From the NCBI RefSeq assembly GCF_009914755.1, contig NC_060944.1: a stretch of DNA of 64,000 nt. One strand, written 5' to 3'. Under the pieces are notes generated by a model. That model was not told the DNA's origin and searched no databases. It saw only the letters and a program-made list of their open reading frames with translations. Made by a program: the position numbers and the translations under genes. The stretch comes from the human T2T-CHM13v2.0 reference genome, Homo sapiens. Below are positions 25,901 through 36,436 of this stretch, in pieces. Position 1 is the stretch's first letter. Each line of letters starts with the position of its first letter.

Positions 25901-26400
25901 TTCACTTGGTTATGTTGTATAATCACTTTAATATGCTGCTGAATTCAGTTTTCTAGGATTTTACTGAGGATTTTTACATAAATGTTTATAACATATATCT
26001 TATAATGTCTTGTCTGGCTTTGGTATCAGGGTAGTCCTGGCCTCATAGAATGAGTTAGAAAGTGTTCCCTCTTCTTTAGAAGAGTTTGGAGAGAACTGTT
26101 GTGATTTCTTCTTTAAGTATTTGGTAGAATTCACCAGTGAAGCCTAGGTCTAGGGTTTTTCTTTGTCAAAAGGTTTTTGATTGTTAATTCAGCACCCGCC
26201 CCCCGCCCCCCACCGCCCCGCACAACTAGTTAGATGTATTTGGATTTTCTATCTCTTTATAATTTATTCTTGGTATATTTATATGAATTTCACATTTTGT
26301 CTAGATTAGCCAATTTGTTGACATACAATTGTTCCTAATACTCTCTTATATAGATTTGGTAATTATATCCCTACTTTCATTTCTGACTTTAGTTACTTGA
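22960..26400 (-). mobile_element. L1MB (about L1MB3/4) 3' end plus ORF2, interrupted by a young L1
   Basis: aaattttgccatcttaaccatttttaag...; antisense ORF2 including MFTDNTILYVEN, a remnant of the FADD motif (ORF 25341..25523). Confidence 0.92.
24303..24914 (-). mobile_element. Very young 5'-truncated L1PA2/L1HS-type element with 7-bp TSD tatttct
   Basis: Near-consensus 3'UTR with intact CpGs and a clean T-tract. TSD at 24296-24302 and 24915-24921. The ORF2 C-terminus is intact (ORF 24520..24819). Confidence 0.97.
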
Positions 26401-28489
26401 GAGTAAACATGACACTTTGTAAAAATATTTAGCCAGATAGGATATTAGACAGGACAAGAGACTGGAAGGGAAAAATAAGACACATTTAGTTCTGAATTTT
26501 TGTCTGCTCTCAGGCAAAATAGGTGATGAGCATCCCCAACACCTATATCCAGGTACATGTCCCCAAACAGGAATCTTCAAACCCAAAAGTGAGATGGATC
26601 AGAGGCTAGTGTTGTTCATGATCTGTGTGTTACTGTGGTCAGCTTTTGTCACTGAAATATTGTGACTTGAAATCATGGTTTTTTCCCTCCAGTATTATCT
26701 TCTCAAGTATTTTGAAGGCAACGTATATGGTTGAGACAACCCATGAGGTCCCCTGGATAGATTACTGGTAATTTTTGAAAGAGGAAAACATGAAGGAGAC
26801 TTCAGTTTTTCCTTTTTTTCTCCATAGATTCCCATTTTTATTTCCTGTTTGTATTTCACAGAGCACTAAGAAGGCATCAGTGAAACGCCTAATAAATACC
26901 TAGTATTTCTCAAAATCAAAAGTTTCACAACTCAGCACTCCAGGAAGTCTGATTTCATTGCTTGTTTATATGTTTTTCTCCCTTTTACCTTAACCAAAGC
27001 TGCCTTTTGCCAAATTTGAATGAAATTTGCCCCTCATAGGATTTCAGCTTCAAACTGAATTAAGAAGCCGGAAAGACTTAAAATAAGCAAGTGTTTTAAA
27101 TGCTACACAATGTATCTATTTTTTTAAGTGGAAGTTTCATAGTATTTAAAGCCAGGTATATAAAACAAATTGCAACACATTTCCTCAAGCAACCACTTAG
27201 AGATCATACCAAATGAACTTAAAAAATATGTTTAATGAGTAACATGGAATGTGCTTAAATGATGCAATTTATCAGATTTTTTTTTCAGATAAACTTTCTA
27301 CCAGCTTCCTCCAGTACAAAACACTTTTTATTTTCTTTTTAAAGCACCAAACTTTATTCCTTTCCCCGCCACCTCCCTTTTTTTTTAAAGCTCTTTCAGG
27401 TGGTGGAAGGTCTGAGGATCATTTGCACTAATTATTTTTAGTTCTTCCTCACGTAACACCTGAAGAGGACATTCTATTTATGGGAACCAAATTACTTAAA
27501 AATATTTCCAAGCTCTTTAAGCAGAGGTCAGTACACACATTAGCTGGGGGCAAAAGGAATATTCAAGCCTAGGCATCCCTTTTGAATTCACAGCTGGGAT
27601 TTATGCAGCTCCATGCTGTTGGCCTGGTCCCCTTGGTTACCCTCCACCTTGCTCATAATATCCAGACAGCATGTCAGGGCCCATCTCATCTCCACATATC
27701 AATAGATGTTTGTGGAGGATCAGCTGTTCCCATGGTACCTGGGCTCCGGGATTTGCGTTGGAATGTGCTGTGTTTCCCAGACTCTAGGTTCTCAGCAACT
27801 GCTCATATACCATCTCGAGTCTCTGCACCTACTGAGTCTTTCCAGGATTTTGTGTTGCTGCACTGACAATTTTCACACTCTTGGGTCCTAACCCCCGATT
27901 ACAAGCTGTGGGGATTAAGAAATTCCTCCCTGAGACCTGGTTGCACTTGCCTTAATTGCCCATTTGTTCTTCTCTGGGTTGATTTTTATTTTTCCTCCCC
28001 TTTAGGGTAATTTTGAAAGAAGCTCTAGTTATTATTTTCCTCATTCTAAATAATTGTGATAAAACTTTTGAAACTGCACTACTTCTACTGGAGAAAAGAT
28101 AGAACTTTATTATCTTGCAGGAAAAGACCACCTTGCATGCTTTTCATCTTATTTTCTTGACTAGGGGTTTAATATCATTTAAAAATCCCAAACTGGATCG
28201 CCATGATCTCATGTAACAGTAAATATAGTGTAGAAATATTTTTGAATACAATGATGGATACAATGTAAATAATAAGACATTTGAAACAAGCATTTTATTA
28301 AAATAAAAACGCTTACCTGGAATCATGAATACACTTTTGAGATGGTTACTTATATAAGAAATATTTAACTCCTCAATTTTAAAAACATGTATATTGTGTG
28401 ATAGTGCTTCGGTTTAAGTCTGAAATATGAATTTAAAAAAGAAGAATAAATAAAGAAGAAAATTTGGGAAAAAAAGACCTAGATTTAAT

Positions 28490-28858
28490 ATAATTAGCAT
28501 GGGAATTGCTGAAAATAGAGATTCCCAATTTGGACCCTTGGTAGAGTTAATTTACTAGACAGGAAAGAAGAAGACAAAAATAAAATAGAACAAAAAACTG
28601 AGATGCCCGGATACATTTAAATTTTAGATAAAAATAATTTTTAAGTGTACGTTCTAAATATTATGGAACATACTTGTATTTTTTTTCACTGTTTATGTAG
28701 AATCCAAATTTAATTCAGTATCTTGTATTTTATCTGTCAGTTTTAATCACTAGAGACTTCAGTTCAGTCCTGGTGGGTGGGGGCCAAAACTGGTGTACTT
28801 TTTATAAGCTAAACTCTGCATGAATTCTAATGAGAAGCCAGGTTAGAAAACCACTAGC
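28490..28858. mobile_element. MER5B-like MITE split by MER53
   Basis: gaattgctgaaaatagagattccc...; ...gaattctaatgagaagccaggttagaaaaccact. Confidence 0.55.
28590..28745. mobile_element. MER53 palindromic MITE
   Basis: gatgcccggatacatttaaattttagataaa ... tgtttatgtagaatccaaatttaattcagtatcttgtattttatctg are imperfect inverted arms. Confidence 0.75.
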
Positions 28859-28878
28859 TTATTGTTTCAAAATGGAAG

Positions 28879-28920
28879 ACACACGCACGCATGCGCACGT
28901 GCACACACACACACGCACAC
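28879..28920. repeat. Alternating purine-pyrimidine (CA/CG) tract
   Basis: acacacgcacgcatgcgcacgtgcacacacacacacgcacac. Confidence 0.9.
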
Positions 28921-30679
28921 TTAAAACAGACACAATGGTGATCCCAAAGTCTGTGCTCCTGGTAGATTCATTCTGCAAATGAAAAAAATATATATTATCT
29001 GAAGTAAAGAGAGGAATCAAAATTCACCTGATTTTGCCATGAGGATCCTGGTACAGGAGGCAAAATACTCATGCATTTTCCAAATTATAGAATGTGCTAC
29101 AGACTGACAGAGTTATTCATCATCATCATTGTTTTGGCTGGCTACCTTAAAATTTTGTTGTCAAACATTGTTGGTTACCATTGGATATTCTTGTTAACTT
29201 TTATGATTGATAGTGAGTTACCATGAGGTTACAAGTAAAACCCAACATATTATATGTAGTCAACTAGCTTTTAAAAACAGACTACAAGAGAACACATAGC
29301 AATTAATTTAACCTTAACATAAATTAGTTGATTTAATTGATTCACTATATATCTATTAAGTGCTTGGTATGTTGAAAAGCTGGGGATAAATTACAAATTA
29401 GATAGAGCCCCAACTCTCCAGGCACTTAATGGTTTAGAATCACAAGAGTTTCCTGCAGGACTTTAAGTCTCACATGACATGTTGATTATCATAGAATTTT
29501 ATATACAAAATGCCAGAGTAGCAGAACACCTGGTTTAAAGAAGCTTTCTCATTAAAAAAAAAAAAAAGAAGAAGAAAATAAAAAAAAGTCCTCTACATTT
29601 TAAAATGTAGCAGCCTTAATATAAAGCTTCAGAAAGGAGAAATCCTTTTATGCACTTTTGAGGCTGCATGGTTTGGGAAAAGGAAGATTACTTTAAAGTT
29701 CTTTGTAATTACTGGATTTATTTAATGAAGAACTAGTTACAGCATTTAGTACTACATGACATGTTTTTGTTGGTCATTATCATATAAAACTTTTTCTAGA
29801 TTCTTTTTTTCTGTTGGAGTATCCATTGTAAGCATTGTAATATGGAAGGGCTGTGCTACGTGATGTGAGTCACACTCATCGGGACAGGTGGGGGAACTGC
29901 AGGCTCCTTGGTGTAGAAGATCCAGCTCAGTGTGCAGCCATTTCAGGAAGACTTTTCTGACCACCCACTTTGAGCTCTCCTTTTTTAAACATCCATACTA
30001 CTTCTCACTGGACTAGCTAATGTTCCAAAAATCTCTTATTGATGTTAAAGTCTGGCAGTTCAGAATAATATTTGGGAGTGAGGAGGAGCAAGTACCACAT
30101 TATAGTCATGTTTTGAATTTCCCAGAGAGCCTCCTTCATCTAGATGTGGTCCCTGAGTCTTCTATCACCTGAGTGTTTGACCTGGATGTCACTTTGAAGA
30201 TCATAACACAGAAGTAAGCCTTGTGGAAGCAAGTGCCTTTCACAGCACCATGGGTGTGCCCTGAGAAACAGAATACAAGGTAAAACCTCAATGTGCCAGG
30301 ATGAGTGAGGATTTAGGGGTAATTATTCTTTCTGGTTCACTGGAAAATGTCTTTCTGAAAATTAAATCTATTACAATATGAAAGTTGCTTTGCTTACTAT
30401 TCTGGCTTGTACAAAGAAGACTAAAGCGGAGCACCTGCTCTCAAAGATCAGATAATTCAGGTGAGGAGTTAAGGCAAATGTGAATGAAAATTTAACTAAC
30501 AAGAGAGTTAATTAGGCAGCATGGGAAGGCGATGTCTTTTCTGAAAAAGAGATATTGAAGGTTAGCTTCCCATTTTCTACAGCAGCTTATTTCCCTGCAC
30601 TGATAAATAAGAAATGGTAAATATAATTGGGTCATTCTTTCAATATAATATCCTGTGGCATATTAGGTCAATAATACCA

Positions 30680-30900
30680 ATAATAACAACAGCCACTTAT
30701 AGAGTGCTTAATACTTCTCAGTTTAATAATAACTTTTGTAAATTAACAATTTAATCCTCCCAACAGTCCAGTGAGCCAGGAGCTATTACCCCCATCTTTT
30801 GGAAAAAGAGAGGTTAAATAACTTGCCCAAGTTTACACAGCCATTAGGTAGCTGAGCCAAGCTGGCTCCAAAGCCCATGCTTAATAATGATTTCATTCTG
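30680..30900 (-). mobile_element. MIR
   Basis: atttaatcctcccaacag...agagaggttaaataacttgcccaag...ctggctccaaagcccatgct. Confidence 0.85.
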
Positions 30901-31186
30901 CCTTCTTTGCTTCTGTGTATCAACTCTTATTGTGCCTTCTAAAAATATAAATTCCAGAAAATTTTACCTCTTCTTTTGTCTCTTTATGCTACAGTCAATT
31001 GAAAGGAAGAACATCTGGTGAGTAGAAGGTTCTTACAAGAAACACTCTGTTTCTAGGTAATTGAAGTTTTATGTCAGTGAGGCTGAGAGAGTACCTAGGC
31101 AAGGTCAGTTTATATGAGATGGAAGCAAAACAAACTTTAATGTCGCCTGACAGTCCATGGGCAACAGAAGAGGTTTTCTGAGATAT

Positions 31187-31244
31187 CAGAAGAAAGTACA
31201 GCTTCGTGGAGGAAACAGAAGAAAGTACAGCTTCGTGGAGGAAA
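31187..31244. repeat. Perfect 29-bp tandem duplication
   Basis: cagaagaaagtacagcttcgtggaggaaa x2. Confidence 0.97.
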
Positions 31245-31789
31245 ATGCACAATCTTATTAGGAAAGAGGCATTTCTCTGTGAAGACTCAAGATGATTTCT
31301 GTGTGGAAGAATTATACTGTTAATAACAAATAGGGGAAGCAGTGAGCTGTCTCCGGCTTTGTAACATCTGTTATAACTGCACCTGCCTCAAAGATTTCCT
31401 GGTTCCTATTCCCAAGAGAAAGTCAGTCAGCAGGAAATGAGGCAAGTGCACAATGACTTTACGGGAAAAAGATGGCTTTTGACTTCTCCTTGGGCTTAAT
31501 TCCTGACAATATTGCATATTCACCTTGTTGTTGATAGTACTTTACAAGGCAGTGGTTTGTAAAGTGAAAGATGGGAAGGAAGAAAGGGACCTATGCTTGG
31601 AAACAGTTTTTATGGAACACAGGAATGTCATAGGGCACGGGTCAATTGGGTGACATCAATACATCTGGCTGTTAGTCCTTGCTCTGACTGAATGGGTAAT
31701 ACACGGAAACAAAACATATTCCTACTCACCACAACAATTCAAAGGCTCACACCTGTGTCTCCTTTCATTCTCTAATGTAGTGATTCTTA

Positions 31790-31970
31790 GATTCCCAAAC
31801 TTTAGAGTGAATCAGGATCACCTGGATGGCTTGTTTAACCACACATTGCAGGACCTGATGTAGTTTCTAACACAATGTGTCTGATGTGGTACCTAGGAAT
31901 CTGTATTTCTGCAAGTCCCTAGGTGAGGCTGAGGCTGCTGGTCTGGGGATTACATTTGAGAATTATTGCT
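31790..31970. mobile_element. MER5A
   Basis: aatcaggatcacctggatggcttgtt...gaatctgtatttct...gctgctggtctggggattacatttgagaattattgct. Confidence 0.85.
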
Positions 31971-32358
31971 GTGATTGATTTAAACAGAAATCTCCCATTC
32001 TTATTATTCTTGGGCCTCTCTCTCATCAGGATGATCCAGTTCCCAGGGATTTTCACCATTTCTTCCTATCAGGACGATTGAGCAGAATCTGCCCCTCACT
32101 TCTCCACCGAAGTCCCAGCAGCAGCCTCAGCATTTATCTCCAACTTGGATGAAATTAATTAAGTTACATTCAAGGGGTTCCAGAGAGAAGTTGAGTGCAT
32201 GTAGCCTGCCTAAGCTAGTACAATGGAGCAGGCATTTCCCCAAAGGCCTCACTATATTGGATGGACATCATGTTTTACATCAATTTTCCTGGAGTAAATC
32301 TGCTGCAGATGAAATGCTAACATTGTCCACTGTTAGTATATGAAGGCTTGAGGAAGGA

Positions 32359-33026
32359 CATTAGCTCCCCCTTATCCTTGATTTTGTTTCTTACACTTGC
32401 AGTTACCCACACTCAACTGTGGTCTGAAAATATTATGACCTTTATGAAAAAGTTCACAAATAACAATTTATAAGTTTGAGATGGAACACTGTTCTGAGTA
32501 GCATGATTCCTGCTTCCATCTCACCCCTAATGTGACTCATTCCTTTGTCCAGCATATCTGTGGGGTATATGTTCCCCACCTGTTAGTGCTGGACATCGTC
32601 TGCTCCTGACATCCAATCAACATCAACATGGCTTGACGATCCAGGATCACCCGAAGCAAATGGTCCTCCGACTGGAGAATCTTCAGAAAGTCAACTGTAG
32701 CCTAACGCTATGTCACAATGCCTATGTCATTCACCTCACTTCATCGCATCACGTAGGCATTTTATCATCTCATACCATTACAACAAGATGAAGGGGAAGT
32801 ACAGTACAAGAAGATATTTTGAAAGAGAAAGACCACATTCATGAAACGTTTATTACATTATATTGTTGCAATTTTCTATTTTATTACCAGTTATGATTGT
32901 TAATCCTTTGTGCCTAATTTATAAATTTGTTAATGGTTAAGTATATATAGGAACAAGCATACCATATATAGGGTTCAGTACTATCCTTAGTTTTAGGGAT
33001 CCACTGGGGATAAGGGGGAACTACTG
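32359..33026. mobile_element. MER44 (C/D-like; Tigger7 derivative)
   Basis: TIRs cattagctcccccttatcc and ggataagggggaactactg; internal gatccaggatcacccgaagc. Confidence 0.88.
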
Positions 33027-33344
33027 GACCTAACCTTATGCTTACGTGAAGAGCCCCTAAGGTCACTTGCACACAGAAGCTATTTAAAAATAGTTGTTAC
33101 AATTAGGAGCCCCCTGGAATATAATATGTGTGGCATCACTTAAAGAAGTAAAAAGAAAGGATAATTTTTATTTCCCTTTATATTTAGTAAAATATTTCTC
33201 TACAATATTATAATTATAATATTTATGGCAAAATTACATTAATAATTTTCACATAATTTTAAAAAGTGAAATATCTACATGTAAGGCAATACAATATTAT
33301 GATTATTTAAATATTTAAGCAAAATATTTTCTGTTCATATAATA

Positions 33345-33685
33345 TAGTCACACGCTGCATAACAACGTTTGGGTCAATGATGGAACGCCTATAAGATGGT
33401 GGTCACATAAGATTATAGTACTCTATTTTCATTACCTATGTCTAGACATGTTTGGATACACTGATACTTACTATTGTGTCACAATTATATATGGTATTCA
33501 GTATAGTAGCATGCTGTACAGGTTTGTAGCTTAGGAGCAATAAGTTATAACATGTAGACTAGTGTAGTAGGCTATGCCACCTAGGTTTGTGTGAGCATTC
33601 CGTATGATGTTTGCACAATGATGACAAAATCACCTAATGACACATTTCCCGTAAGGAATTCCTTTTATTAAGCAATACATGACTG
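33345..33685. mobile_element. Tigger3a (Golem/MER7A) with TA TSD
   Basis: ta|tagtcacacgctgcataac ... ttaagcaatacatgactg|ta. Confidence 0.9.
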
Positions 33686-34445
33686 TACTAATATAATACA
33701 TATACTCTGTTGATATTTAATATTTCATCAGATATCAATATATCATAAAATATATAATTAAACATATAATAATGTATTAATTATATTTGATTATTATATG
33801 CAAAGTCATTTTAAAAAGTAAAATATGTAAATGCAAAGCATACAGAAAATATATAAAAATATTACATGTACCACGTGTGTTCATGTTAATAAGCAAATTG
33901 TTGAAAGTTAATATCTCTATATTCAAGATATAGCTATTAAATATGTAATACATAACATTAATACACATTACACATGTAGTATTTTATTTATTATTTCTAA
34001 ACTGTCACTTGTTTTATTACTCATATCTCAGTCTGTTCTGCCACATTGGTGTTAGGAAAGTTATTGCCAATCTTATTGGGATGACAACTGAAATCAACAA
34101 ATATCAATGGATAATGGGATGTTTACTGCATTTCCTCAGTACAGTAAAGAATGAAAATCCTAGTCTTGGGTATATATTCAGTGTTTTTCTTTAAATATAT
34201 GTTTTAGAAGGGGGCAATAATTAACATTACGTTTTATTTCTAAGGTGGATACTAACTACAAAGGTCATAAGCACCATAAGCATTCACATTTTCAAGAAAT
34301 ACCAAGACATGTTCTCAGGGACAGGAAGATGGACTTTCCAGGAGTCAAAATTTTAATGACTGTCTTCCCTCTGCATGGATGTTTCCTCAGGCTGCCTTTT
34401 GGTTATTTCTTCCAGGTGGATGGTTCCAAGAGACTGTGTAGGGGG

Positions 34446-34855
34446 TTATATAAGTTTGCTTGGGCTGCCATAGCAAAATACAACAGACTGAGTGACTTAA
34501 GTAACAGAAATGCATGTTCTCACCGTTCTGGAAGCTGGAACGCCAAGATCAAGGTTCCAGCAAGGGTGATTTCCTGTGGGGACCCCAGGGGACGGGTCTG
34601 CTTCCACACCTTTCTCCTTGGCTGGCTGGACTCTTGCTGCCTCCTCAACATGCTTATCTACCCCTCTGTGCACAGCTCTCCTGGCATCTTTTCCTTTCCT
34701 TCTAAAGATGCCAGTCAGGTTGGCCTTACTCTAAAGGCCTCATTTTAACGTAATCACCTCTTTTAGAATCTTATCTTCAAATACTGTCACTTTCTTAAGT
34801 ACTGCAGCTTGAGAGTTTAACACATGAATTTGGGGACACAGTTCAGGCCATAATA
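34446..34855 (-). mobile_element. MLT1B/C-type MaLR solo LTR
   Basis: gggctgccatagcaaaatacaacagactg...gaatttggggacacagttcaggccataata. This element explains ORF 34245..34748. Confidence 0.9.
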
Positions 34856-34994
34856 GTGGTAGTGGAGGAGTAAAAATCATATAGATAGAACAGCTGGCTT
34901 CACTTCCGACTTTTCTTGCAATTATAACTCAGAAAATGGCGTATAACTCAGGCAGCACATATTCTGTTTTTGATGCCCCAAACATTTCCAAAGA

Positions 34995-35190
34995 GAGTAC
35001 AGTGGAGAGGAAAGTATGCTGACTGCAAATAGATAGCTTTTAGTCTTGGATTTATAATCTATTGGCTGTGTGACCTTATTCTGTTTAATTAACTTCTCTG
35101 AGACTCGGTTTCTCCCTGGGTAAAATAAGACTATTAATCGTTTGCTACAAAACAGGGTTGATCTAGTGAGAGAACATTCTTAAAAATATC
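34995..35190 (+). mobile_element. MIR
   Basis: ggctgtgtgacctt...taacttctctgagactcggtttctc...taaaat. Confidence 0.75.
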
Positions 35191-35234
35191 TAAAAATTCT
35201 AATATTCAATTTAGAGCTTAGGAATAAATTTTAT

Positions 35235-35760
35235 TAGTTTACTTTTTAAAATTCTTTTGAAAATGTGACACATGTACATGGTAATAAAAAAAATTCAAAC
35301 AGTACAAAAATATACACAGTAAAATCTTGGTCTCCCACCTCCCATCACTGGGCTCCCATTCCCAGAGTTAACTGCCTGTTAGGTGCTTCTTGTTCATTCT
35401 TCCAGAATGAGTCAATGTGGATATGCATAAATGTATATTTTCTTTTTATTTACACAAATATGATAGCATGCTGTACACATTATTCTACACCTTGCGTTTT
35501 GCCCTTAATATGTCTTGGAGGTTAGCCCATGCCTATACATATGAAACCAACTCACTCTTTTTAACCAGTTGCATAGTAGTACTTGTATGGCTGCACTATC
35601 AATAAAAAAAATATGCTCTGTGGATGGGCCATAGGTTATTCTTTAGATTTTTGCTGTAGTGAACTTGAAAAAAATACTGCAGTGAGTATTCTTCAACATG
35701 TGTCTTTATGTACACATATGTGTATTTGTAAGATAAATTCCTAAAATAAATATTTTACTC
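35235..35760 (-). mobile_element. L1ME-type 3' end
   Basis: acatgtacatggtaataaaaaaaattcaaacagtacaaaa...catagtagtacttgtatggctgcac. Confidence 0.75.
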
Positions 35761-36224
35761 AAAAAATATCTAAAAATACCCTGGAAAGCCTCTATATACA
35801 ATCAGGCTTTAAAGAAACTGAAGGGATTATTATAATCATCACTGTGTGTTTGATTTTAAGTGATTGCCCATTTAAAACGCTTGAAGAATTAAATAGAGCC
35901 ACGTTTAAATCAGTCACCATTCATAGACTGTTCTCTGTGCACATGACTTTTTCCATAGGGGTTGGTAATTAACCATTGGTTCAATATTCATTAGTGAATA
36001 GTTTTAGATTAGTTTCTGTCAGTTACAAGTCTTGCTAGGACTATATAATGGATGATACCAATGTTTATTTTGGCAAAATATTAAAGTATAAGACAAACAT
36101 AATAAATATCTTGGTGTTTATTTTTTCCTTAGTGGGAGCACCATAAGCTGTTTTTTACCCATCTTCAGATGCCATGCGCTGAGCATTTTTATTTGCTATT
36201 GGCAGATCCTACCTGCTTTCCTGG

Positions 36225-36436
36225 TTTCCTTCATCATTCTTTCCTTTCTCGGTTTTCCTTACTCCTGCCTCTCTTCTTCAGCTTCTCTCTTCTCCCATCT
36301 CTCCCTTCTTACCCTATCCACTCTCTCCTTTCTCCAGTCTCCCTTCTCTCTAATCTTTTCCATTTTCTCTCGCTTGTCCTGTCTTTTCTCTCCTCTTATG
36401 TCTTCCCTTTTCACCCTACCTTTCTTCTCTTCTCTC
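36225..36436. repeat. Polypyrimidine low-complexity tract
   Basis: About 210 bp that is almost entirely C/T. Confidence 0.85.

Noticed and set aside
31187-31244. CRISPR-like direct repeats (also 13523-13586)
   Set aside because: Only two adjacent units with no spacers or cas genes, in mammalian DNA.
33690-34000. AT-rich stretch as a structured inverted repeat
   Set aside because: Low complexity only; no long perfect arms were found by eye.
34245-34748. 167-aa ORF
   Set aside because: Mostly antisense MLT1 LTR sequence, non-ATG start, no domain.
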